Translations under genes and position numbers: made by a program
Part shown: positions 21,301 to 54,241 of the stretch, piece after piece
Position numbering within the stretch: the first letter of the stretch is position 1
How the letters are laid out: each line of letters opens with the position of its first letter
Assembly (NCBI RefSeq): GCF_009914755.1
Contig: NC_060926.1
Reading direction: 5' to 3' (one strand)
Length of the DNA: 64,000 bases
Origin: the human T2T-CHM13v2.0 reference genome, Homo sapiens
The notes under the pieces: generated by a model
Database searches by the model: none
What the model was told of the DNA's origin: nothing
What the model saw: the letters and a program-made list of their open reading frames with translations, nothing else

Positions 21301-21768
21301 CCTACTACCACAAGTATTTAAAACCTGTGAACTGGAAGTGGGGCGCCACCAGGCAATGGCTGAGATGCAGAGGAAGAAGTGTTTACACACCTGGAGCATT
21401 CTCACTGTAGCTCTTTCCAGGAATGAGTTCTCCTGTCTGGCTCTGGGCCCAAAGCCTTCTCCCTAGTGGGCCATCCCTCAGCCTGGTCTTAGAAAATGCA
21501 GGCACTGCCCTGCTCCTTGGTGTGGGATGACTGAAAGAGCACTGGACTTGGAGTGACTTTACACAAGACTAATTAACCTCTCCGAGGACCAGCTTCCTCA
21601 CATGGAAAAGAGGAATAGCACACTCCTCACTGCCGCCGGGGGTGAATAAGGTTGGTGCTAAGAGTGCTTTATAAACTGTAAAGGACTGTGCAAATGTATA
21701 TTCTAGTGAACTCATTTTAGGGTATAAATTATGTAACCAAGAGATGGTTCACAGTAGAAGGGTCTTGA

Positions 21769-25225
<3,457 letters not shown>

Positions 25226-25269
25226 TTAAGTTTCTTTAGTTAGAAGATGAGATCATTAATGTAGATAAA

Positions 25270-25753
<484 letters not shown>

Positions 25754-25778
25754 ATTTAATACTTTTTTCTGTTTTTAG

Positions 25779-25997
<219 letters not shown>

Positions 25998-26270
25998 TAA
26001 GATCATAGCAGCAGGAACACGGGGTGTTTCCTAACTAGTGGAAAGCAGCAGACCCACTGGATGTACTGTCATCTTTTCTTTTTTTAAAAAAAATTTTTCA
26101 GCCGGGCACGGTAGCTTACGCCTGTAATCCCAGCACTTTGGGAGGCCGAGGCGGGCGGATCACCTGAGGTCAGGAGTTCGAGACCAGCCTGACCAACATG
26201 GAGAAACCCTGTCTCTACTAAAAGTAAAAAATTAGTGGGGCATGGTGGTGCATGCCTGTAATCCTAGCTA

Positions 26271-26379
<109 letters not shown>

Positions 26380-26400
26380 TCAAAAAAAAAAAAAATTTAG

Positions 26401-26553
26401 GTTACCAGAATTACTGAACAAATATACTGGAGTTTACCTTCCATTTGACATGCTTGACAGCATGAGTCAATTTCCATTAAACTTGAGTCAATTTCCATTA
26501 AACTCAAGTCAATTTCCATTAAACTCAAGCCAATTGCCATTGACATAAATTGG
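26401..26553 (+). pseudogene. Pseudo-exon with internal 21-bp tandem expansion
   Basis: tttag|LPELLNKYTGVYLPFDMLDSM (frameshift) SISIKLKPIAIDINW|gtactt. Confidence 0.55.
26464..26547. repeat. 21-bp tandem repeat x4
   Basis: (g/a)agtcaatttccattaaact(t/c); the fourth unit is degenerate. Confidence 0.9.
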
Positions 26554-26911
26554 GTACTTTAGGGAGGTAAATATATTCTCTACGGCTAGATCTCCATTCT
26601 TTTTTTTTTTTTTCGGTGGAGGGGGGATGGAATCTCACTCTGTCACCCATGCTGGAGTGCAGTGGCATAGTCTTGGCTCACTGCAGCCTCCACCTCCTGG
26701 GTTCCTGCCTCAGCCTCCCGAGTAGCTGGGACTACAAGCACGTGCCACCACATCTGGCTAATTTTTTAGTTTTAGTAGAGACGGGGTTTCACCATGTTGG
26801 CCAGGCTGGTCTTGAACTCCTGACCTTAGGTGATCCGCCTGCCTCAGCCTCCCAAAGTGCTGGGATTACAGGCGTGAGGCACAGCACCTGGCCTAGATCT
26901 CCATTCTTTAG

Positions 26912-27015
26912 CAGAACCTATATTACCAAGAAGTGGGAGAAAAGAAGGCAGCTACTCAACCGAAGTCTGAATCAAATGAAGACAAAATCTTCTCAAGATT
27001 TATGCAATTGCAGCA
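26912..27015 (+). pseudogene. Pseudo-exon
   Basis: ccattctttag|[34 protein letters not shown]|gtaaga; open, phase 0 in, phase 2 out. Confidence 0.65.
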
Positions 27016-27334
27016 GTAAGAGCACATGTAACTCCAGAAAATTATCCTGTATTTGCAAATCACTTATTTTGAAACTACTTCTCTTTCTTTGGAGGGGGAG
27101 GTGTTAGAAATCCCAACCAAAAGGAATTCTTTTTTGTTTGTTTGTTTTTTGCCATTGCTGGTTGTCTCTCCTGGAATGCCCCTTCCTGCCTCTCTCTTGT
27201 AATAGCTCACCCAAATCCTGCCCATTCTTTGAGACTTAGCCTCAATATCCCCCTTTCCACAGCCTACCTTTTCAGACTTACTATGGAGTTAGAGTTGATC
27301 CAGCAAATTGGTCATTTGGTGAATTGATTTTCAG

Positions 27335-27477
27335 CCCACTGGCCAGCTGGGTGCGTGATATTACAACAAATCAATCTTGGAAGCCAGATGTCATTCAAAT
27401 GAGGAGAAGAAATGACATCCTGTGGCCATAAAGGGGAAAACAGTTCTCAAGTGTTGGTTCCCTGGCTGCTGGGATGG
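27335..27477 (+). pseudogene. Pseudo-exon
   Basis: gattttcag|(H)PLASWVRDITTNQSWKPDVIQMRRRNDIL (1-nt frameshift) VAIKGKTVLKCWFPGCWD|gtgaga. Confidence 0.65.
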
Positions 27478-28093
27478 GTGAGAAATCTCACCTACCAAAG
27501 CAGGTACTGAGAAAGAGAAGCAGGTGTGAGGAAAGAGTACTGCCGATGCAGAAGTAGTAAAAATTTTCTTTTTAATTTCTTTGTGCTATTAAACATATAT
27601 GTAAGTAATTTCAATAAGCTTTTATTAAACATCATAGCAGCAGGGAATCATTTAACATCTCCCATGCCAGCAGGTCGCTAATATAGTTTCAGCCTATTTG
27701 GGACACTAGTCAGTCCTGAATGAAGACTATGCATTGAAAATCTGGGGCAATTGGAGAAGGTTTCTGGGGAAGATAGCATTTGAGCTGTGTGGCCTCTAAA
27801 GAAGGAAGAATGGAAGTTTCCAACAGAATGAACAGCGTGGAGGTAAAAAGAGATAACAGCCGGTGAGAAAAAAGACATTTTTGTAGGGACAGGAGTGGTA
27901 GCTGAGGCTGTAAAAGTGGGAGGTTGGGTTAGGAGTTTAGGAAGGCCTAAAAGTTGTAAGAAGCCAGGGTCTTTCTGGTTGGCAGTGGGACTCCGTCAAC
28001 TCATTCAGGGTCTATGGGGGGCATACAGAGACACAGAGACAATATCTTGCATTGTACAGCAGTTAAATCAGCATCTGATTCATTTTTTTAAAG

Positions 28094-28241
28094 CCTGTTG
28101 AGGTTTCTTGGCCATCTCTCCAAGGGTAGGCAGTGATCCGTGCATAAATCAAGCAGTGTGAGAAGTCGGATCATTAAGAGAAGGAGCTCTGTTTATCCAC
28201 AAACACCTTGACAACTTGCAGTGATGGAAAAGGAGACACAG
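28094..28241 (+). pseudogene. Pseudo-exon
   Basis: tttttttaaag|(G)LLRFLGHLSKGRQ*SVHKSSSVRSRIIKRRSSVYPQTP*QLAVMEKETQ|gtaaac; phase 2 in, phase 0 out; both stops TGA. Confidence 0.65.
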
Positions 28242-28333
28242 GTAAACTGTCAGGTGGAACAGGCAACAGTCACATCACAATGCTTCTCTTAACTCTCTCA
28301 ACTTTGTCTGTTCTTTTCCTTGTGTTTCTGCAG

Positions 28334-28389
28334 CTCTGGAACTGCTGAGTTTTCTGTGTGAATGACACAGATGCAGAGATCATTTCAAG
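28334..28389 (+). pseudogene. Pseudo-exon
   Basis: Strong acceptor tgtgtttctgcag|LWNC*VFCVNDTDAEIIS(R)|gtatca; phase 0 in, phase 2 out. Confidence 0.65.
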
Positions 28390-28717
28390 GTATCACTTTG
28401 GGCAGATGTTTGGGTGCTACCAAATATAACCCAGGCCATTTAAAATCCAGGAACAAACCCAAGAGAAATAGGGATATCAGAGTTTCTGGTGTGTGCCTCT
28501 ATGTAGTATCTGTTCTGCTGTTCAGAACTATGCCCAAGTCCTTATTTTGTCCTCTTATAACTCAGTATATCTCACAAATAGAGTAGACACTCAATATTCA
28601 ATAAAATCGGCTTCTCATGGTGGTTATTTAAATCTATAGCTGATATTAGGATACTCCTCACGGAAATATAAAATGAGAAAGACTATGGAAGAAAGAACTG
28701 GACAGAACAGAGGCTTG

Positions 28718-29740
<1,023 letters not shown>

Positions 29741-29821
29741 AGTGTCAAGGAGCAGTTGGAATCTCGAGAATGACTCTTAAAATGAGTGAAAATCCTCTTG
29801 GCCTGATGTATACACCCACAG

Positions 29822-29933
29822 AAATTCTTTGATACCTGGAATCCTTAGAATTAAATGGATTTCAGCTTTTATTTCCTCAGCCAGCATTTACTGAGTCCTC
29901 TTCTGAGACTTACAAGTGCTAACTAAGCCCAAG
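29822..29933 (+). pseudogene. Pseudo-exon
   Basis: cacccacag|NSLIPGILRIKWISAFISSASIY*VLF*DLQVLTKPK|gtaact; phase 2 in, phase 0 out; both stops TGA. Confidence 0.65.
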
Positions 29934-30594
29934 GTAACTTAGCAGTCATCATGTGCTCTAGGTCACTGAATGTGAAAATGAGAAAATACATGGAGTCGAG
30001 CTTGTAAGAGCTGGAATTCAGGGCGTTCATTAGGCAAAGCCACCAGTTAGCAGAGAATTTGAGTAAGGACAGGGACAATGACCAAGTCTGGAGGATAAAT
30101 GGAAACCATGGAGAGAAAATAAATATTCTTTTCAGTTTCCGGGGGAAAAAATGTATGGCTAATGCTCAAAGACATAACTGGATTACATGTTGTAAGAGCT
30201 TTGGGCATGACCAAACACAGCCCCTTCAGGCTGACTCCCTCCAGCTTCTGGCCCATGGGGGTTGGACAGAAGAGGCAGGCCTAACGGGGAGCCAATTTCC
30301 TTCCCGGGAGCCCTGCTTCTCCTGAATAGGGAACAGTGTCCATTGTCTACTCTTGCCACAACTACCCTGGACATGAATAATATCCTCATTTATTTAGGGC
30401 AGCTGTGGTCCAGAGAGGTCCACGAACCTCCGAAAGTCCCTGCAGCTCAGTAAGTGTTGAAGCCAGGATTCAAACATGTCCTCTCTGCTCTTGAAAAGAG
30501 AAATGCCTCAACTCTCAGTAAACCACTGCACTACTGGGAGGGTGTGAGAAAATATCAATCACATTATCAGATTCCTTAAAAACCATATCTGCAA

Positions 30595-30640
30595 ATCAAA
30601 GATATGTCGTATCAAAGATATGTCATATCAAAGATATGTT
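30595..30640. repeat. 16-bp tandem repeat x3
   Basis: atcaaagatatgtc(g/a)t. Confidence 0.9.
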
Positions 30641-30857
30641 TCCATGTCGTAGTCAGCCAGATAGATCTACAATGAGTAGCTAATCACTGGAACCAGTGTC
30701 ACCTTCAAATCGTAATGACAAGTATTTGATTTATTTTATGGTTGTGCAAGGTGAGAAATAAAAGGCTTGAGTCTTTGAGAACCCATGCTGCTATGGGCTG
30801 CTGCTTTAAGAGGGATACTAGAGACATCTCCGTTCATTTCTAGGATTTCTGATTTAG

Positions 30858-30898
30858 GATAAGAGTACTTTTGACTTAACCAAGCCAACAAGGGTGGG
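30858..30898 (+). pseudogene. Short pseudo-exon
   Basis: ctgatttag|DKSTFDLTKPTRV(G)|gtaagg; phase 0 in, phase 2 out. Confidence 0.6.
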
Positions 30899-31284
30899 GT
30901 AAGGATTCCTTGAATAGTGACTCCTGCTCCCAGTGGCTTATCTCCACTTTGAAATTAATGGGGCCTCAGGGCCTTGCAGTTAGGGGTGACACAAAAATGT
31001 ACAAAGAGAGAATTTCACATTTTAGTGCATTGCCAATGATATAAAGTCATGGAAGAGAAAAGAAAAGTAGGAAGATTTAAGACTAGAAAAAGTAGTAGAA
31101 ATTATCTCCGTCAGCCTTTCCTCTCAGCCTCCCAAGTCCGATAAAAGCCCTCTTTTTACATACATGTAATCTGCAGGATCTTTAATTTGTGATGACATTT
31201 GAGTAGAGAACAAGGGGAAAATTGTGAAGGGTTAAACAAAATGCTGTGACTTTTAGTTAATATTATTATTATTCTTATTTTCAG

Positions 31285-31519
31285 TAGTGTAGAGGTGTTG
31301 CGTTTAAATGCTATTACCGAAAGATTAAAACTTTACTCCATTAAGAAAAAAAATCACAGGGGACTCCAAAAAGCCCACAGTGTATCTCAGAACCCCCACA
31401 TTTCATGGTGTTTATTACCAGAAGCCTTTCAGAAAGCAATGAGTTCGTTCTGAGCTTCTTAAAGTTTTGGGAAGGGCAGCCGAAGAATGCCATGATAGTT
31501 TCATTAAGGAATATAGAGG
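31285..31519 (+). pseudogene. Pseudo-exon
   Basis: ttcttattttcag|SVEVLRLNAITERLKLYSIKK (frameshift in A-run) ITGDSKKPTVYLRTPTFHGVYYQKPFRKQ*VRSELLKVLGRAAEECHDSFIKEYR|gtagat. Confidence 0.65.
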
Positions 31520-31895
31520 GTAGATTTTCACTAGAGAGGAAGTGAGACGAGCTGTCTGGGGAAAAGCAAACACTTCACACTTCAAGGTGGACTGAAATTT
31601 CTCTCTTGCCCTGCTCCTCTTCTCCCATGACCCCTGAGGTTCGTGATGCACCTTAGCTGAAGTACAGATCAAAGGAGAGGGTGACTTTTGACACAAACTG
31701 AAACCGTCCAGTTGTTTAATTATCTCTTTATGTGAAAGGCCAGGTTTTACTTTGCCTGTCTGTCAGTATAGGCAGGTGGTTATTTTCCGGGACAGGTTTA
31801 TGTTACCTAACAGAGCAAAAGTGAGCCAATAGCAGGACATCTTGAAATTAATTGCCCATTTGGGAATAATTTTTATGAACAAAAATTTTTCTTAG

Positions 31896-31955
31896 GCATA
31901 TGGAATGTAGGCGCAGCACTTTCAATTTAGCATCTGATGCTAAATGCATGCTTAG
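31896..31955 (+). pseudogene. Candidate pseudo-exon
   Basis: ttttcttag|HMECRRSTFNLASDAKCML; weak donor AG|gtttta; phase 2-2. Confidence 0.35.
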
Positions 31956-32057
31956 GTTTTAAAATAAAGTTCTACAATTAAATTGATAAATACCTTACTT
32001 ACTCTAAAAGATTATGTGGCTGTGTTGCAGACATTAATCTTAAAAATTCTCTGCTAG

Positions 32058-32372
<315 letters not shown>

Positions 32373-32423
32373 TCATCCTCTTTATCAGGTTTACATTTTT
32401 ATTTTTACCTTTTTAGTTTTTAA

Positions 32424-32606
<183 letters not shown>

Positions 32607-32935
32607 TGAAGTAAACATTTCCATTTGCAGTGGGGACACTCTACAAATACTGGTCTGAAGCCAAATTCAGGCCAAAGCCAGGAAGGCAACATGGTAGCTG
32701 AAAAAGTGTGGGTTCTTAAGCCAGACAAGTCATGGGCCACTTCCCAGCTGTGTGACCTTGGGTAAGGTAGTTAAATTCTTTGATCCTCAGTTTCCTCATC
32801 TGTAAAATTGTGTTCTGATACATTGCAGGATTGTCATGAGGATTATTGGTAATATACATGGAGCGGGAAGCACATGATCACTTTTTAAGGGAACTTGCAA
32901 CAATGGCAAATTCTCGGGACTATACTCTACCGTAG

Positions 32936-33040
32936 TTCATCAGTGAGTACCCTAATTTGAAATGCAAGTCCAGCAAATTTTGGGATCATAAGAATTGTGA
33001 CTTCTGGTCAAATTTTGACCCACCAATTAGATATTATGAT
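32936..33040 (+). pseudogene. 105-nt pseudo-exon, copy 1
   Basis: cgtag| ... |gtaagt. Homology to copy 2 is essentially limited to the exon and its splice sites. Confidence 0.65.
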
Positions 33041-33867
33041 GTAAGTAAAGTGTGTGTGAAGCATTTTTAAATCCAAAGTCTCCTGCAAAGAGTAACAAGA
33101 AGAGATAACCATATTGTCAACAATTTGTGTTTTTCTTAGGTGAACAAGTAGACTGCTTTTGTAGAAAGGGTGTAACCTATCCCAACTACTCCTTTAAATG
33201 GACCTGTTTTATGCCTCTAATACTATATGGATGCTGAGCATATTCTGTAGGAAATCTACAAATCAGTTCAAGGACAAGTTTAGGCTTGAAAATTAAAGGT
33301 CTGCACATTAGCTGAGGCATCAGTTTAGTGAAATGATGAAGCTAAAATTTTGTTTGTGTTTTATAAAACTGAAGGGTTTGTTGTGGTGACTTTAGTTTGA
33401 AACACAGAATATAAAAAAGGAAAATCTATTCTTATGATAAATATAGGTGATGATGACAGCACATGAGAGAATATACCATATTTGTGCCTATAGAAGTAGA
33501 AAGAGAGAAGGAGAAAACTCTTGCACAAGGAGTTATAAAATGCAAATTGAAGGAAAAACATTTGCTTCACAGAGAGTCTCACCAATTGTAAATCCATAGA
33601 ACTTCTTATTACTGGGGTCAATGGATGGGCCTCAGGGGTTCTGGGAACTCCTTGAGGATGCAGGTATGCTTTTTTTCTTTTAATGGAAATATCCACATTT
33701 CTGGAGAAAGTCCATGACTTTCATCAGATTGTTTTTTTAAGTATGGGGGTAGGCAGCAGCTTTTGCTTTAAATATTCACCTTTTTAAAACATTTCAAATG
33801 GGTTTGTGATATCTATTAATGAAAATTGTTAAAAATTGACTATTAGTAGCCCTTGTATTATATATAG

Positions 33868-34289
<422 letters not shown>

Positions 34290-35971
34290 TAAGTGAAGAG
34301 AGAAATAAGATAGTTGCAGTTTACATTGTTGCTGATGATGAATAAGATGATATATGCAAAAAAATAAAAGAATAGAAAGGTGATATATGCATAACACTCT
34401 TTAGGTCAAATGCATGGCATTGAGCCTAGAGGGCCCGAGTTGAAGTCCTGTCTCTGTTACTGCTGTGTGGTTTTTGACACGGACTCACCCTTGTTAGGAT
34501 GATAAGAGCTGGTTCTCATGTGAGAATACTGTGAGAATGGAATGGGACAGTGCATGTGGATTCTTAGAACAGCTTCTAGCTCAGAGGAAATGTTCACAGA
34601 TGTCTGCTGTGGTCCCTGTAAGCCAGGAGAAGGGAAGAATCTGCCACAGGAAGTCTCCAAAAGAAACAGCAGGGCATTATCCTTTTAGTATCTCCTGTGA
34701 GCTTCGGGGCCTGTTGAGCTGGACATTATCAGTTGTTTTAGGTAGAACAAATAAAACTCATTGAGTGTGGTCACCACCATCAATAGGCTTGGAAATGTGC
34801 CTCCCAGCTGGTTTTCTTGCAGTACCTCTCACGGATTCTGACCAATTAGGGCAGAGCATTACCCTGGACCAGCACAAAAGTGGCTTCTGACACCAGCTGT
34901 CAGAACCCAGTAACTGAATTGAATTCACTGAAGATGTTGGAGGTCACAAAGCAGAGTGGCTAAGTCAGCGGGGTTAGACGCTCGGCACAGCAGTTCACTA
35001 GCTGTGTAACTTAGGGCAAGTTACTTAACTCTCTGAGCATCTGCAGGATGGGGTTGATAACAGGAACCCCCTCTTTGCCCTCTCATGAGGATGAAAGGAG
35101 TTAATTCGTGCACCACGTTTTGTAGCGTCTGGCACCTAGTGTTAAATGATAGATGCTAAGCAGCATGAGTTAATAAGCTCTAACTGCCCTGTGCTGAGTT
35201 TTGTATATGAATAGCTCTTGTAAAGTAGTTCTGAGGTAGGTGCTGGTACATCTGTCTTTTACCAAAGAGGAATCTGGGGCACAAAGACTTTGAGAAAGTT
35301 ACCCAAGATCAGGCAGCTAGAGAGGGTCAGATTCATCTCTAGGGGGCCCCATTGTACCCACTGCATCCAGGGGCAGGTCCCTGTTAGATCAGAAGAGTCC
35401 TATGTGCCCACCACTGGACTTGGGGGTCCCAAGTCTCTCTATATTCAAGTTGGAGGGAAGAAGAGGGAGTAAATCCCTTGGCCCCAGAAACTGTCCCTGG
35501 ATCACTCAGATCTCATATGTACAAAATGGACACAAAAGCGATATCTTAGGTTTTTCTAGCACTTTCTGTGTGTAAGCACCTAGAAATATGTGCATAAGAT
35601 ATTTGTGCACATATGTGATAATTAATGGGTGCAATAACAGACGATTCAGTGTTTTGGCATCTAGTTATTGGGGGCCCTTGTATTATGCAGATTCAAGCCT
35701 GTGCACCAAGAGGCATCAATGCAGGGGACCCTGCGTGCTGCAGTGTAACCCTGGTGAAGGATTATAAACACAGAAGTGCATCCTGGAGGCAAGCATGTTG
35801 GAGGAGCATGCAGAGGAATGATGCTTTCAACACTGTGCTAGGGAGAAGGCCAGAGCACTCCCTCAGGAAAACATCCACCGCAGCATTCCGATGAGGTGGT
35901 ATGGTTTGCCTAAGGCACTGTTCAGAGGAAGTTTCAAAGGACTAGCCTGGGAATTGAAGAACTCCCCACCC

Positions 35972-40628
<4,657 letters not shown>

Positions 40629-40998
40629 GGAGATGACTCTTTTATGTCATGGCGTCACTAAGCGCATTCTGGAAGCACCTGCAACAGAGTCATCTGGGTG
40701 CTTCAGCAGCGGCTGCCAGGCGGTTAGTGTTTCATGGTGTTGCTCACAGCAGGTTGGGAATGTGTTTTTGGTAAGGACCCTGACCTAAAGAGATGTGGTC
40801 GAATAGGGTCCTCTCCAAATTCATATCCATTTGGAATCTCAGGTTGTGAGCTTGTTCGGAAATATGGTCTTTGCAGATGTAATTAAGGTAAGAATTGAGA
40901 TGATATCATACCGGATTAGAGTGGGATGTAAATCCAGTGAGTGTCCTTATAAGAGATGGAAAAGGGTTAGCTGTGGTGGCTCACGTCTGTAATCCCAA

Positions 40999-42409
40999 TG
41001 AGAGGTGACAGCATGCTGGCAGCCCTCGCTCGCTCTCGGCGCCTCCTCGGCCTTGGCGCTCACTCTGGCCGCGCTTGAGGAGCCCTTCAGCCCGCCGCTG
41101 CACTGTGGGAGCCGGCTCCCTCAGCTTGCGGGGAGGTGTGGAGGGAGAGGCGCGGGCCGGAACCGGGGCTGCGCGCCGCGCTTGCGGGCCAGCGCGAGTT
41201 CTGGGTGGGCGTGGGCTCGGCGGGCCCCGCACTCGGAGCGGCCGGCCGGCCCCTCCGGCCCGGGGAAGTGAGGGGCTTAGCACCTGGGCCAGCAGCTGCT
41301 GTGCTCAACTTCTCGCGGAGCCTTAGCTGCCTCCCCGCCGGGCAGGGCTTGGGAACTGCAGCCCACCATGCCTGAGCCTCCCCTCTCCGCCGTGGGCTCC
41401 TGCGCCGCCCGAGCCTCCACGACGAGCGCCGCCCCCTGCTCCAGGGCGCCCGGTCCCATCGACCACCCAACCGCTGAAGAGTGCAGGCGCACAGCGGGGA
41501 CCGGCAGGCAGCTCCACCTAGGGCCCTGGTGTGGGATCCGCGGGGTGAAGCCAGCTGGGCTCCTGAGTCTGGTGGGGACTTGGAGAATATTTATGTCTAG
41601 CTAAGGGATCGTAAATACACCAATCAGCACTCTGTATCTAGCTCAAGGTTTGTAAACACACCAATCAGCACCCTGTGTCTAGCTCAGGGTTTGTGAATAC
41701 ACCAATCGGCACTCTGTGTCTAGTTACTCTGGTGGGGACTTAGAGAACCTTTATGTCTAGCTAAGGGATTGTAAATACACCAACAGACACTCTGTATCTA
41801 GCTAATCTAGTGGGGAGGTGGAGAACTTTTGTGTCTATCTCAGGGATTTAAACGCACCAATCAGCCCCCTGTCAAAATGGACCAATCAGCTCTCTGTAAA
41901 ACAGACCAATCGGCTCTCTGTAAAGTGGACCAATCAGCAGCATGTGGGTGGGGCCAGATAAGAGCATAAAAGCAGGCTGCGGAGCTAGCAGCGGTAAGCT
42001 GCTCGGGTTCTTTTCCACGGTGTGGAGGGGTAGTTCTTTTGCTCTTTGCAATAAATGTTGCAGCTGCTCGGCCTTTAAACCCACACTGCTTTTATGAGTT
42101 GTAACACTCACTGTGAAGGTCTGCAGCTTTATTTCTGAAGCCAGCGAGACCGTGAACCCACCGGGAGAAAGGAACAACTCCTTACGCACCGCCTTAGGAG
42201 CTGTAACACTCACCTCGAAGGTCTACAGCTTAACTCCTGAGCCAGCGAGACCAAGAACCCACCAGAAGGAAGAAACTCTCAACACGTCTGAACATCAGAA
42301 GGAACAAACTCCGGACACGCTGCCTTTAAGAACTGTAATACTCGCTGCGAGGGTCCGCGGCTTGGTTCTTGATGTTAGTGAGACCAAGAAGCTACCGATT
42401 CCGGACCCA
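40999..42409 (+). mobile_element. LTR12C (ERV9) solo LTR
   Basis: Starts tgagaggtgacagc, ends ttccggaccca; 4-bp TSD CCAA; CpG-rich 5' part; tandem CCAAT repeats. Confidence 0.95.
41600..41975 (+). promoter_or_regulatory. LTR12 enhancer/promoter: 7 CCAAT boxes, GATA site, TATA-like CATAAAA
   Basis: accaatc at ~41620, 41660, 41701, 41857, 41881, 41906, 41930; cagataag ~41955; gcataaaa ~41964. Confidence 0.8.
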
Positions 42410-43454
42410 CCAACACTTGGAGAGGCCAAGGCAGGAGGATTGCTTGAGCCCTGGAGTTTGAGACCAGCTGGGCTACATGGTGAAACCCCGTCTCTACAAA
42501 AAAATACAACAACAAAAAATTAGCTGGGCATGTTGGTGCATGCCTGCGGTCCCAGCTACTCAAGAGGTGGGAGGATTGCTTGAGCTGAAGAGGTCAAGGG
42601 TGAAGTGAGCCATGATCGTGCTATTGTACTCCAGCCTGGGTGACAAAGCAAGACCGTGTCTTGGGGGAAAAAAATGTATTGAAAAAGTAGGAGACAGTTG
42701 GAAAAGGGCTCACAGAGAAGACAGCCATGAGAAGACTGAAGTGGGTAGAGATTGAAGTCATGCTGCCACAAGCCAAAGAACATCTGAGGATGCCAGAAGC
42801 TGAAAGGGGCGAGGAAGAGACAAGGGAGTCTCCCCAAGAGCCTTCAGAGGGAGCATGCCGTTGCTGATACATAGATGTTGGTCTTCTAGCCTACGGAATT
42901 GTAAGTGAATGCATTTTCTGTTACCTTAAGTCACTTAGTGGTAATTTGTTCTGGCAGCAACGGCTTCCCACTCCTGGGGGAAACGAATGCAAGGGACGTC
43001 CCCCTCTAGAGGGTTTAACTGCTCAGGCTATCACTACCATGCACAAACAGCTGATTATGATGGCAGGGAAATAAATTTGATAGCCCCAACAGAGTGTGCC
43101 CAGTCTAGGTGAAGGATGGAGTATTACAGAATACATGCTCTCATCCATTAAACATTAAAGAAGGCAGACTCACTTTGCAAAGCTTATTGAAGGAAAGTGA
43201 AACTTGTGAGGGAAATCAGATGGTCAAGACTCAATACTAGAAGTAAACTTGGAGTATTTGGAAGAAGGTAGCCTAAGATGGGGCAACTCAGGGCCTGAAA
43301 CAGGCCAGACACATTCTAACAGGAGAGGTAGAGTGTGATGCAGGACAGAGACCAGGAAAGGATTGGACCAGCTTTGAGACTGCTCCCTCACCCCCTGACT
43401 AAGGCTGTTACCAGGTGCTTTGTAAGAGAGTAGATATCCCTGTGTGGATTGAAA

Positions 43455-48217
<4,763 letters not shown>

Positions 48218-48850
48218 AAGACATGCTAGCATTTCATAGTATGCGTGCACTCGTATTCTTTTTTTCCTATTGTTTGCCTATAAATTCCCTGGCATGCACC
48301 CATATTTTTAAAATCAGTTTCTGCTGGTGTAGATTTGGGTTGTCACAGGTTTTTGCTAATTCAAGCAGTGCCATGACAAACCATGTCATGCCTGTCTTTG
48401 CACAAGTGAGTGATCATTGATGTAAGACCAACACCTAAAAGTGTAATTGCTATGTCAAAGGGTAGAGTCATTTACATTTTTGGCAGGTACCTCCAATTGC
48501 CTTCAAAAAAGTTATGGTGGTTTATACTTATATCGATAGTGATGAGCAAGTGCCTATTTCCTCATGTCAGTACTGGAAAATTACATTTTAAACGTTCTCT
48601 TGGCACTCCGATAGGTGGAAAATCGCATCATATGTTCATTGGCACTCCTTTTATTTACAACAATGTATTTATGGGTCATTTGTGTATTTTTATTCTGTGA
48701 AATGCCTAATCCTTTGCTAAACTTATGAAGATATTAAAATTACTTTAAACAGAGGTTAATTTAAAAAATATTTTTAAGTTTTAAAATAGTAAGCTTTGTT
48801 TATTAGGAAAATGTATGATATGAAGGTACTGAACATGTCTCATTTATGTC

Positions 48851-50701
<1,851 letters not shown>

Positions 50702-50906
50702 TTCCTTCTTACTGGGAGAGGCAGTCTGAGAAACAGATTGGATACTGAAACACTGGGATGTTCAATAGGATGTCAGTGACTTCCATCCAAAGATCATTAG
50801 GGACCCAACTGGAATTGAACAAATTGAGTTTATTTCTAGTAGCAAATAGGGAAAACACATACAATGGGAAGCTTTTGGAATGGGGTGTTAGAAAGTATCT
50901 ATAATT

Positions 50907-51922
<1,016 letters not shown>

Positions 51923-52402
51923 TGATAGTTCTTATCTATAAGGCAGGAGGAGTAAGTCAAGGCTAAAGAAGCAGCAGTTACCATTAGGCTGGATAGGGAA
52001 GTTTTTGGTTATTTTTGTGTCTGTCTTGGACAATGTTCATGTTTTGTCTGTGTTGAGACATGGTTATGGAGGAGTCTTGTTTTTGTCTTCATCCATCATG
52101 GTCACAACGGTCTTGTCTGATGTTGATGCTCTGTGAAGTTGTTTATGCCCCGTAGGAGAACACCAGAGCTTCCAGATCAGGAGCCACTTTTCTATTAGAA
52201 TGTTTTAGAAATTGTTTAAAATAAAAACCATCCCCCAAATTCCAGCATATAGATTGCCCTCTTTAGATCTTTTTCTCACCACGCATGCAGAGGCCATAGA
52301 CACTGTGGTTGAAAGTGTGAACTCTGATTCCAGGCAGCTGAGGCTGGAATCCTGCTCCTGTCACTTCTTAACTGTGTGTGAACCTGAGCAAGTTATTTAC
52401 TC

Positions 52403-54241
<1,839 letters not shown>

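Larger units (their letters stand above)
40795..42960 (+). mobile_element. MLT1 LTR split by an AluJ that is itself split by LTR12C
   Basis: MLT1 5' part (ggtctttgcagatgtaattaag, gtccttataaga) and 3' part (caagccaaagaac...ccttcagagggagc...ggtaatttgtt). Confidence 0.85.

Noticed and set aside
21421-21519. Possible additional pseudo-exon after the ctctttccag acceptor
   Set aside because: No convincing donor or phase match; left out of the model.
40981-41604. GC-rich overlapping ORFs and apparent CpG-island gene promoter
   Set aside because: Entirely within the LTR12C U3 region; not a host gene first exon.
41600-41940. Regularly spaced repeats resembling a CRISPR-like array
   Set aside because: Known LTR12 tandem CCAAT enhancer repeats in eukaryotic DNA; no unique spacers and no cas genes.
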